A stretch of DNA of 64,000 nt from Auanema rhodensis (Eukaryota > Animalia > Nematoda), in the NCBI GenBank assembly GCA_964057225.1, contig OZ059896.1:16058001-16122000 (forward strand). The letters are read 5' to 3'. Below are positions 39,001-51,597 of this stretch, one piece after another. Position numbers and translations under genes: made by a program. Position 1 is the first letter of the stretch, and each line of letters starts with the position of its first letter. The notes under the pieces are model-generated. The model saw only the letters and a program-made list of their open reading frames with translations. It was not told the DNA's origin and did no database searches.

Positions 39001-41442
39001 ATTATATTAATATTATATTTCTTTTTTGTTCACAAAAACACTTACATCACTTTCATTCTGTTGAAATGTTAGTTGATCATGATCTATACGCCATGGCATT
39101 CGCATCATTTCTTTATCTTTTCTAAAATAATAAAAAATATAAATAAATTGATATTATATAAATATATTTATATAAACTAATAATATGTAAACTTACTTAT
39201 GAAAATGAAATATTATAGCTAATGGTACAGTTAAGATAATAGAAATAAAAAGAAAAATTAAAAATATTTTTGGTTCACTACATAGTGAGCCATCAAAATC
39301 ACAGACGGGAATTGCGGGTGGTGCTTGATAGATGGTATCCATAGAATATTCTGTGTCAAATAACTTCTATAATAATCATTATTTGTATTAATTTGACATA
39401 GTTAAGATTCAGTTTATCATGTTCTTACATGCCATGTGCAAAAATCTTCAGAACAATTGTTGGGCACTGGTTTAAGTAAAGCTGCTGGAACAACTGTATT
39501 ATTCAAATATCCGTAGATAGTGAGAAATGGTTGACGACCTCCTTGAGGAGATATGAATATTGGTCCAGAAAATCCTATAAAATTTACAATTTAATTCAGA
39601 TAAAATGACATAAAATATGTTCTGATGATGTTTGGAATTAAGCACTTAGAACTTGAAAATATTGAAATATCATGCGAATGTCCTTAGGGCAAATGCATAA
39701 AAGTGATAAATAATTGTATTTCTTCAAACTTTAGACGATTAGATTATGACTTACCATGATCAGTATGTTGAACAATCTGCTTCCAAATTGATTCCAATGA
39801 TTTATCTGTTCCATTAACATGACTAGCTATGGATAAAGCATCGCAATTTAGTAAATTTGCTTTCAAACGATCATGAGCCTAAAGAAGAAAAAATTAAAAC
39901 TTTTTTTTGTATCAATGCTTTAACTTACTTTTGAACTTAAGTTGTTTTTTGCAGCCCATTTTGATATATGACCAGCATTGTGATGATTTGAACGAATCTA
40001 AATAATATGAAATAACTAATAAGATTATTATAAAATATATTATAAATGAATGAAAGAATAATTTTCTCTTTTTGATCTTAAAAGGGTTTCTCGGAATTAG
40101 AATGATATCATTTCCAAAAACAAAGGTAATTCAACTTCTTGTTATTACATCTCATAATAAGCGTATTCTTACAATTATTTGTATATTTTCAGTTTATTTT
40201 CTTATTAATTATTATAAAATATATAAATTAATTTATATTCTGTTGTTGTTGATGATGCTGTTTTTATTTTTTTTTTCAAATATTTAAAAAGTCAAAGATA
40301 AATTATATGAATAATTTCATCGTCAATAACATATTTTTTTCTTCATAAAATATAAATAGTAAATGAAACTTATATGATATAGTTAATATAAATATTTAGA
40401 TATATAAACTTACAAAAAATATATATGGATAGAGTATATTACGCTTTTTACTTCGAGCTATATCTGATGTATGTGAACGTACTTTTTCAAAATCTTCTGG
40501 TGTCATTCTATAAACAAATTATAATTAAAATATTTAACTATATAATATAATTAACTTATTTAGATCTATATGTAGTATTATAAACTCATTTGGTCGATTA
40601 TATTCAAGAATATTTGGAATTATAACTTCTGTAAGCTCATCCAATGAGCATACAGCTATCAAAACTATAAGAAATATCAGATGAATCATGATTATCTATT
40701 GGAATTCAAAGCTTTAACTAGTTACAAGTACCTCTACTTTTCTCTGAAATACGTTCAAACCAATGATATTCTCCAATTTCAATGGTAATAGTAACATTGA
40801 TAGAATCATCTTTAGTTGTAAATACGGATTTAATTTCCATAGCATTAATAGTATTTGGTTTATCATATAGTATAGATACCTTAAATATATAATTTATTAT
40901 ATAAATTTCTTTAAATTAACTATAACATACCCTATTCCATGATAACTCACGACATAAAGCTATTAAAGCTTTAGCAAAGCCAGGTATTGTATCCGGTTGC
41001 AATGATATAGTTGTCTGTTCTCGTGATCCAACTATTCGACTACTAGTTGAGATATATATCTTATTCCAACGGAAAGCCAATTGAGAGATTGTTCCTGATT
41101 CTATATTTTTAAAAATAATTTTATAATTATTTCATTAATTATAATAACCTTCATCACAGAAAGCTCCTGTAAATATATCAGCTCCTAAGTTATAATGTAG
41201 TTGAGCAGCACTTTCAAGACCATTAAAATGATCACAAGCTTCCAATGAAATAAGCCTTAAGTTTTAAATTTTTTAGAAAAATTTAAATAAAAAATGAAAT
41301 ACTCTATAGATGATGTATCAACACATTTCTTTAAAATTTCACGTTCTTCTTCACCAAATGATACAAGATGTCCAACGCGTAATTTGTCTCCATTAATTAC
41401 AATGATAATAACAGTAAAATATAGAAAATATGTTGAATTCAT
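35235..41442 (-). CDS. Receptor-type (transmembrane) guanylyl cyclase, gcy family
   Basis: Signal peptide MNSTYFLYFTVIIIVING; extracellular domain (LRVGHL, GADIFTGAFCDEE); TM (KIFLIFLFISIILTVPLAIIF, ~39200-39270); kinase-homology domain (HGALFLTNCVVDSYWVVKLTDFG); hinge (YSDNLEQIVAERT); cyclase (VSILMIDVCQFT, FKVENVGDAYLLVSGIP, APRFCVFGESVNMACRM, GKGPVTTYWL); stop 35235-35237. Confidence 0.95.
38579..38674. repeat. 12-bp minisatellite (AGAGTACACGTG) x8 in a gcy intron
   Basis: Seven units contain CACGTG and one contains CATGTG. Confidence 0.97.
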
Positions 41443-43194
41443 AATGAAAAATCATAAAAAATCTGAAAAATGAACACAAAACTTCACATTTTTATATTAA
41501 TTCATAATAATTAATTCAAAGAATATAAGAGCTTTGTAGGGACTTGCAACTAAGTTAGAACAAGCTTCACCTACAACCTGTGTCTCACTCTTGTTGCTCA
41601 AGATTTGAAGTAAATGTGTAATTCGACCACACAAAGTGAAAATTAAAAGAAAAATTAGAAATGTTCTATTTGGTAGTTTGAAATTGAAGTGAGAACTGAT
41701 AATGAACAAGTTACAACTTAGAGCTTTAAAGATGTTTTTAACAAGATTTCTATCAATTGAATATAATAATTTTAAAATAAAAAAAAAATATATGTTCTAG
41801 TCTAAACAGATTATTAACTATTTCATGAATAGTAAAGGAAAAAAAAGGAAATAGAGAACATTCTTCTTCGATGAGTTTAGAAGATATAAAAATGACGAAA
41901 TAGCATGTAATGGGCTTTTGAATATTTCATTTTGACTTTGAGAATATCTATCCATCTTTGCCATATTTTCTATCATTCACGAAATCAAGTAATATTGAGA
42001 AATAACAAATATTCTAGTTTTAACTATTACATATATGCATAAATATATAAAATAATATATATAAAAAATATTTTTTTTTCATCAAAATAAGGTTTTTGTC
42101 AAGTTTCACTCTCTTTCTTCTAAATCTTCAAATCTATTTTATGTAATATGTTTATAATAAAATAGGTTTTTATAATATTTATTATATAATTATTCTATTT
42201 CTTTAAATAATTCTAATTAAGCTATTTAACCTCATCCAAACCTAATTACATATACATTCTATGTTGCAACTGATCACGAAAAGACTGCAACTTATGCTCT
42301 TAAACATAATTTTATTTTATTATAAATAATATAAATGATGGTATCATTTATAATGAGAATCAAATGAATACATCATCATATGAATCTCTTATAAATCTAA
42401 ATTACCTTCAAATGACACGAGAGATTGTGTATGTATGAGAGTAACGAAGAGGAAGTAATGTTCGCAGATTTACATATCGTCAACGCTTTGAATACATCAA
42501 GATCATGATGCACTTTCATTTTTCTAAAATTTAAAACTTTAAATTTATTTTATTTTTAAAATATTATTTTAATTTATAAATAAATATAATTATATATATA
42601 TACATTAATTAAAATAATTTATATTGTTTTTATATTTATAAAATAAAATGTCCTTATACATAAATATATTAAATATTATAATTCATAAATTATATATTAT
42701 ATTTCAGATTTTATGAAAATATGATGATGTTGATAAAATGATCACTATCTTCAGATTATAATATTATTCTATTAAAATTTATTAATTTTTTAAATACATA
42801 TTTCTTTAAAATAATATTAAAACATAGATATAACTTTTTATTTATTTTTTATATAATTAAAATATTATTATTACATATAGTAATTGATATTTTTAATTAA
42901 AATATATTAATTGATAAAGAAAATGATAAAATATTTGATTGAAATGACGAAAATGAATATATTTTCCAAAATAAATAAACAATTTTAATTATAAATTAAT
43001 AGAAGATAAGTGAATTTTGAATAACAATAAACATAAAAAATTTAAAAAAAAGAAGTTTGTAGTTGAATTTTTTGTCTGACTTCTTGTTGCTTAGGCACTT
43101 CAGATGCTTCAGATGCTGAATAAGTTTTTCCTTTCAATAATTCATTTTCTTATTTATATTAAAATATAATTATATATTATTCGTATAAATCAAA

Positions 43195-45037
43195 TTATTG
43201 TATTTCTCTAACACTTGAATCTGAAAAAGAAACTTTTTTTTATGGAAATATCTTAATTGAAATAAATATTTATAATTAAAATAATTTATAATTACCTGGT
43301 AAATTAGTTAAAAAGAAATGTTTACATCCAATTAATCGAAGAGCTGATAAACGAATTGGTTTAATTATAATTACAAATATAATATTACTACATGCTGAAT
43401 GCAAATGTGTAAGTATTCGAAGTATTCCCATTAAATCTAATAAAATAAGTTTTAAATTAAGTTTGAAACTTAAGTTTTTAAAACTTAAAAACAATAATTA
43501 CCTGAACGTATACTAATATTATAATATATTATATTATTAATAATTAATGATAATATCATTGAAAATCCAAAAGGTAAACATACCTTCAAAAAAAAGTTTA
43601 AATGAGTTTTAAAACTTGAAAAATTAAAAAGAAAACTTACAATAACTGAAAAAACTCTGACAAAATTTAATTTTAAACGTTTAAGAGTTACAGATGATGA
43701 AGCATCTGAACGAAGTAGAAATATTGTATGAATTAATATAATTATAGGAATTATAATTATACTAATAAATACTAAACTATATGATAAAGAACCATTATAC
43801 ATATATTTTTGACCATACATACTTCCATTTATCTTTAAAAAAATTAAAGAAAATTCAAATATTTCATAAAAATATTTTTTTTAATATTTTCATAACAAAA
43901 GTTATTATTTTTATTTTTATTATCTCATTAACTTCATTATAAAAATAAATAAATAAATATATTATTAAACTTCAAAAAAAAAAAATTTTTTTTAAGTTTT
44001 GACGTAAAAATAAATATATTTTTGATTTTATGATATTATTATTATAATTACTTACCATTTCACGACTATTTGTTGTTCTTATAATATATATTGGTATAAC
44101 AGAAAATCCAGAAATATAAATTAATATAATTATAATTAATAAATGTTTCTTTTTAAATTTATATTTTGAACATGATGGTAATAATATATTATACATAAAT
44201 AAAATTAATGTAAGATAAGATCCATTTTGTATTGTAAATGAAAACATTTGAAAAAACTAAAATAAAATTATAAATAAAAATAATATTTTAACTATTTACA
44301 GTAATTTTTTTTAAATTATTTATGTTTAAAGTTAAGCTTTCTCTCTCTCTCTCAACCAAGCTTTCTCTCTCCCCTCCTCTTTTCCCTTCAATTTAGCCAC
44401 AAAATTGATGATTCTTACAAAATAAAAAGATTAAAATAGGAAGATATGATATAGAAATAATAATAATTTAAACTTTATTATTATTATTAAATATTCTTCA
44501 AGTTTTTATTAAATTTTGTTAATAATGAAAGGAAATAAAGATAAAAAGAGGACACTTTATCTGAAAACATCGGAAACCAAATGTTGTGGAGCAACGGTAT
44601 ATTTTAATATTTTTATTTAAAATATTTTATAGATTATTATATATATATATAATAATAATAATTATTTAATTTACCATATTTAATTGATATGGTATATCAA
44701 GTAAACTTATGACACCAAGATAATAATGCTCATTCTCAAGAAATATTTGATTCAACAAAAAACAATAAACAATCAGAGTTATTGTATTTGAAATCTAAAT
44801 AAAATAATTTAAATTTGATGTGAAAATATAAAATTTAAAAAAGAAAATTTCAAATATACTAACCTCAACATTCAATAAAGTTCTTGTAAATGTACGAAGA
44901 TCATATGATGATGAATATATTGTAGAACAAATAGAAAAAATATTTAAAACAGTTCCAATTATTCCAAATAATAGAAAACAATTCCATTCAGTTCGATATT
45001 CATTATATATTATTTCATCTTGTTCATAACAAAACAT
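43195..45037 (-). CDS. Nematode 7TM chemoreceptor (Srh/Sri/Str-like superfamily)
   Basis: Seven exons, open in frame, with multiple hydrophobic segments; TM7 region THLHSACSNIIFVIIIKPIR; intron positions shared with the neighbouring paralog; possible alternative last exon 43130-43042. Confidence 0.8.
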
Positions 45038-46110
45038 AATGTAAATATGATTGAAGAAACTTCATAAGCAAAAGAATACCAATATTTCAATTTTAAACTA
45101 AAAAAAATAAAAATATATATTGATCTTTAATATAAATTAATTATAAATAAGTTTATATATTTAAAAATATAATAAATAACTAAGAAAATATTGATTTTAG
45201 TAATTATAATTAACAGAAAATAAATATTTACTATACTATACTATATAGATTTAAAGATTTTATCACACTAAATGATATTTTTTTTCTCTTTTTAACTATT
45301 TTTACTGATTAACAATGCCTTTTCATCAATGATTTTGAAGAAAAAGATTTCTTTTTACTTCATTAAATCAAGTTGATAAGAAGATATATGAATACGTGTA
45401 CGTACATATTATACATACTTGGTCAGTTATTCATTTGAGTTGAATCAAGAAAAGCTTTTGAGCAAGAGCGCTGATGATTTCAATATGAAATTGATCTGAT
45501 TCAAGAATTCAATTGAATTGTTGACCAAATATTATAATATTAAATATATATATATATATATATACATATGTATATAATAAATGGGCGGATACCTGTATTC
45601 ATCCAGATTTCAATTACTAATTCCGCCTCTCCCCACCTCTTATGGTCTTAGAGATAAATGATTTTTGTTATAAAAATTATTAATTGGGCACAATATAATT
45701 ATAAAATTAAATTTTCTTGTTTTCAAAATTCAAAAAGGATCCATATTAATTTAGAATTATAAAGTTATAACTTTGATTTGATGAAGAAATAGAGATTTGA
45801 ATAAAAATAAAATAATAAAAACAATTTTATGGTATAATTTATATATTTAATACTATATAGTTATAATATAATAATTAATAATATAGTCAAAAACATACAA
45901 AATGCATATACATACTACTATACATACATACATATCAGTCAATCATCTACCATCTTCAACTATCTCTCTCTCTCTCTCTCTCTCTATACATATCTCATTC
46001 TCTTCTTCTTCTTCTTCTACTAAGATCAGTTAAAATCTTTATTTTCACAGATTTTCTTCAAACTACTACAAACTACTTTCTTTCTTAATCTTCAAAAATA
46101 TTCACTTAAA

Positions 46111-47252
46111 ATGACACTTAATATACATGATTATACTATATTTGAAGAATTTTATATATTTTGGTTAATATCAACATTAGGTGGAATAATTGGATTCTTT
46201 TTTAATATTTTTACAATTATTTCTACATTAAAAGCACGTACAAGAGATATGGCTATGTTTTATAAAGCATTAGTTCATACAGAAGTCAATATCTATATTT
46301 GTAAAAAATTAAAATTTAAAATAAATATTACAGATTTCATTAACTATAACACATATTACATATACTATACTTATAAATCAAATATTTCAAAATAATATAA
46401 CATATTTTATGGGTTTTTTTACTTTATTATGTAATATTAAAGTAAATTATCAATATGTAATATCTTCATTTATCTTATTTTACTTTTAAATTTTATTTTT
46501 TTTATCAGATTTTTCAACGAATTATATATTATCAAAGTTTATCAGCATATCTTATATTTGCATTAGAATTATATAATCATATAATTCCTCCAACTTCAAT
46601 ATTATATATGGAAAAACGTGGTAAAATCAATGTTTATATTATCATTTATGTTTCTGCAGCTATTCTTAGTTCATATCAAATATATCTTGGTATAGAAAAT
46701 ATGGAAAATGTAAACTTTAACTTTGTTACAACTTAAAGCTTAAAACTTATTCATTTTAGCATGAAGGAAGTGAATTTGGATTTTATAAAAAAAGTTTTAA
46801 TAATCAAGTTTTATATGTTATTAGTATTTTTATAATGTTAATTACATTAATAGCATTCCTTCATTTACTATATCATCTTAAGAAAGGTCCAACTCTTAGT
46901 CAAAAAACAAGAAGATTACGAATATTATTTCTAAAATCTTCATTAATAATGGTTTCTTTTAATTTTATTTGATTTTCAAAAAAAAATTATATTTTAGATG
47001 GCTATTCCCTTAATTAATTCAGTTTTATTAACTTGCTCTGTTACTATATTCATACCCGAAAATCAAAATGGTTACTTTTGAATCTTCTTTCAATTTTTAT
47101 TTTAAAAAATTGAAATTTCAGGTTTACGTACAGCATTATCAGCATGTTCACACCTCCATCTCTTTCTTACAAATATTTCTTTTATTATATTTATAAAACC
47201 TCTACGAGCATCGGCAATAAAAATTATTTTTTTATGGAAATACTTTTGGTGA
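46111..47252 (+). CDS. Nematode 7TM chemoreceptor (Srh/Sri/Str-like superfamily), paralog of the upstream gene
   Basis: Six in-frame exons; LSQKTRRLRILFLKS before TM6 and SHLHLFLTNISFIIFIKPLR at TM7 resemble the S.KT..L...F and H.....I...KP.R motifs of this superfamily; stop 47250-47252. Confidence 0.85.
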
Positions 47253-48279
47253 AAATAATTTTTAAAAAGACGTCGATAGTTTCTACTTTTCAAACAGAGA
47301 TCATAAGATGTATACAAAGATATACAAAAGCTATATGAAATATATATTTGTTTTTATTATTTTTTTTATTTTTAAAAATCAATAAAAAACTTCTTTTTTT
47401 TTGGTTTTAAATATAAACTATAACAAAAGTGTCAATTACTGTATAAGATGAATTTCTCAGAAAACAGCTGAAACGAGTGAAAAATATTTGAAAAATTTTG
47501 CAATTATCTGCAAATTAAGTTAAAAATAATTTAAATTCTCAAGATAATAAAACAGAAAGAAAACAAAAATATTTGAATTTTAGAAAATTTGTATTTTTTT
47601 ATAAATTTGTGAGTAATATCTTTGGTATGTTTATCAATTTTAAATTTATTTTTAAAAAATAAGTAAATTGGACTCAATAAGCTTTAAAGTTTGTTGAATA
47701 AAGTTGAACAAAAAGGTCGAAAATGTTAAAAGTTTTTTGAAAAATAAAGAAAAAGCTTATTAATTCTTCATTTATAAATTATTTAAATATTAACATCAAA
47801 GAACAAATATTATTGAATATTTACTAATATTAATAAACTCTAATAGAATAATAATTATAATTAAATTTTAAATATTGTTCTATAGTTAAGAAACATAAAA
47901 AGAATTAATAATAAATCTTTAAAACTTGTTTCAGAATGAATGAGATTCAATATAAAACACAAAAAAGAGAGAGAGAGAAGGGGGGATCAAGTTGGAAAAG
48001 AAGAAAGCAAAGTTGAAACTAAACTTGAAAATGTTAAGGCTAGAAAGTACAAAAAGGAAAATTGCAGAAAGACGTCAAATTGACGAGGAAAAAATAAAAA
48101 ATCTTTATTTGATCATAAAGCATCCGTAATTTTTGAAAAATAGAGCAGTTAACCGTACTACTCTCAGATTTTTTTCAAAAAAAAAAAGAAAAAAATTCTA
48201 CGAAGTGAAAGTATGACAAGAAAAAGAATTTGTTTCTTTTTTTTTTGACCGAAAATGAAAATAAAAATGAAAAAAAGGA

Positions 48280-51022
48280 TTATCCGACGGTACCCATGGT
48301 TTTGGATGTTCCAATAATCACAGGGACAATTATATCGAAATGATCAAGATCAAGTTTGAAGAAGTAACTACAAGTGACAAGACGATTTGAATGAATTGAA
48401 GTAGGAGGAAGCCCAGGTGGTATTGAAAATTCTATTTCTTTCGTCTCAGGACCCAAACCTGGACGAGCTTTACATGTTCCCTGAAACAGATGTATATCTA
48501 AGACAGTTAATGTGGCTCTGATGTTGTTGATGGCTTATAACATCAAGTGTTTTACAGAATTGCAAAGATACATACGTGTGTTTCCACCGCAATCGTCACG
48601 CTTTTCTTGTCCACAAGGTCGGGCTCGAAACGATTGGCAGCCACAAAATCAAGCTGCTGACACAAGGAAATGAGAACACATTCATGTTTTTCCTGCAAAC
48701 ACACATAGTTGTTGAATTCATCCGTAGTCAGTTGTAGCATTGTTTTACCTGTTTTCTCTGCCATCGTTTTCGTTTTGTTCTATTTTCAACTGTTAATGTG
48801 ATTTTGGTTGTTTCTCCCGGAAGTAACCCAACTTCATTAACTATCATTGCAGCTGAAATGGAACCCTTGTTCCGTCCACAACAGCCGATAATCTGAAATC
48901 AAATATCATATGCGTTCAACATATTAGAAGAAATATAATTATGAGATTTATGAAAATCAGAATTAAAACGATTTCAATTCTACTTACAGATTCTTCTTCA
49001 GCAGCTGTTGTCGGCTGGCGCATGTACGGTGCGTCAAGATTCAGATAGGAAAATACTTTGAATGCTTTTTCTTAAACAAAATATTTAATTACTTGTATAT
49101 TCATTAACTATATGTAAAGTATATATAACTAACCAGCAATAATTTCTGTATCACCGTCTTCTGGTACAGCCATTAGTGCTGTACATGTATATCGAACTGT
49201 TCCACAGTTATCACGTTCAACTGTTGATAAAACATCCATTGGAAGTCGAGCTTCGAATGGAATATTATGAGTACCCGGATTTAAATCAAAATTTTCAGAA
49301 CAATGATCAGCGATTAAACTGAAATTACAACTATACTTATACTGTTGCATACCAATATCTTTATCTATGTTTTAAGCTTTTAAAGTTTATGATAAGCGAG
49401 TAATGCTCATAGTCAAAATGCTCAGAGACTCCAGTTTTTCAACATAAATATCCAAAATCTTACGGTGTTAAGTCAATAAATTCATCCATAAACGTATGAC
49501 GACTTTCAAAGACAAGATCTGTGGTTTTGTTACGCCATCCAGTTTCAGCTACACCTGTTAAACGTACAACAAGACCACCGATATGGATTGGCTTTTGTAA
49601 TGACATGTCAATGACACCCTGAAAATCATAAAAATTGTTTCAAAAAAAAAAAGAAAGTTGGATATCAAGTTGAAAAAAGTTTGTGAATGTTTCTCAATGT
49701 TATTTCCTCTTTTCTCTCCCTCACTGAGTCAATTCAATGGTTTTACGAACATTTTTTTTCAAACATTACGGTATAATTACATACAAAAATTCTAGTTTAT
49801 GATTAGATTTAAACTTTAGTTCTAACTTGATTTAAACGCTTAGTCATAGTGTGTTGGCTGCTCTTTGATCTGCCAAATTCGCAACAATTGAAGATGTTTC
49901 CATGAAGCTTTTGCTCAATGTTCACAATCGAATTTTGAAGGAAAAACCTTTGTTAGTGTTCAATATATCCAATTGAAATATATAAAAGGGAAAAATAAAA
50001 TAAATGACCACTGTCAGCAAACAGAAACTTCCAATGTCGATCAGTGATGAAGCAGACACCGACATGTTGTTGTGTATTTGAATGTTGTTGATGTTTATCT
50101 TGTCACCAGGAATCCATAGAGAGAAACAGATTACATAAAGATTCTTTTCATCATGCCGACATGACAGACAATTACTTAAAAACGACAAAAATGGACATTT
50201 TTGAAGCTTATTTCGATGGTGTACATGTCTGTCCTGGAATATGGCCAATGTCATAACGGATCATGCCACGCATATGCGCATGTACATGTATGTGTCTGTG
50301 GTCCGATGAGCAAGTCAATAGCCTATCTCTAACGTCTGTCAGCTTTTTCCACGAAACCAGCCTTCAGCTATGAGAAAAGGCTGTTGTCCCTAACTCTTAT
50401 CCCATGGGTTTCTTGCTTTTTGTTTTATTTTTTATGCTCAAATTCTCTTAGTCTTCCCCACTTTCCTCCCTTGGTCTAGCTGGCCTTTTTCTCTCTCGTT
50501 CAAGCATTGAGTACGGCCCTCTTCAGCCTGACATCCTGTTATCATTAATGATGAAATAAAATATAAATTAGAGATATTTGTATTTAACATTATATTCTTC
50601 TAATTTTAAATTTACAAAAATAAAATATGATTTGATGAAGAAAAAAACAAAATGAAAATAAATAACTGAGAGGATGTCGGTTATGGATACTTCATCACCC
50701 TTCATTCTTTTTCATCCCAATTCATCTTTTTGGTGTCTTCCTTTATTCTTTTCTCGCTTACTTTAACATCAAAACTGAAGTCTTTCTCTCTTTCTCTTCT
50801 TTTTCTCTTTTCCCTCTCTCCTTCGCCTCACCCTCTCACTGACTTGAATTTAAAACTTAACGCATATCCATAGAGAATGATAAACTTACATGAATTATTT
50901 CTCCTCCAGTATATGGCTCATCGATACTTCTATCCAAAGTAACGTCGAAGTGTTCCACCTGTTAAATTGTTTTTTTGAGAAAAAGAGAATTGAATGTGAA
51001 ATGAAGATGTCATTACCTTCAT
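48280..51022 (-). CDS. Alpha-arrestin / arrestin-domain protein (arrd family)
   Basis: Exons 51022-51017, 50958-50890, 49618-49464, 49318-49134, 49070-48988, 48892-48750, 48692-48576 and 48480-48280 give MKVEHFDVTLDRSIDEPYTGGEIIHGVIDMSL...LTGVAETGW...LNPGTHNIPFEARLP...GTVRYTC...GLLPGETTKITLTVEN...IPPGLPPT...VPVIIGT (Arrestin_N and Arrestin_C patterns). Confidence 0.92.
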
Positions 51023-51554
51023 CCCGCTCGCTCATATTGTCATCTGGTAGTTTAATCTCTACAGTTGAAATCTGAAATGAATGATGACACATCCATCATA
51101 ACATACACACATCATGTCGTTAGACAAGAGAAGTCAACAAGATAATTTGTAAGAAAATAAACATATAAAGCACAGAAATGTATGAAAATTGGCGTTTTCA
51201 TCTATAATAATAGTAAATTTCAAAGGACATATTTTGAAAGTTTGAAAGAGATTTGTTATACAATCAAATCTAAGTGACAATTACTTGATTGTTTGATAAA
51301 AAGCAAGAACTTCAGGTGTATGTATGTATGTATGTGTGTGTTAAGATGAGATTTTGAGGTGTAACGAACGCCTGTCAGATGATTTTTTTCAATTAGAACT
51401 ATGGACTTTATCTCTTTTAAGAAAAAAATAAGAAAAAATAAGAAGTTTATTTTGAAATAGAACGTACGTAGCAGTAATGGTTTGTACTCACCAAATTTTG
51501 GGAAGATTTTCAAAGGAATAGCATGAGATGAGCTCTCTCTTTCTTTCTCCCCCC

Positions 51555-51559
<5 letters not shown>

Positions 51560-51593
<34 letters not shown>
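51560..51593. repeat. (CT)n microsatellite
   Basis: Perfect CT run. Confidence 0.9.
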
Positions 51594-51597
<4 letters not shown>

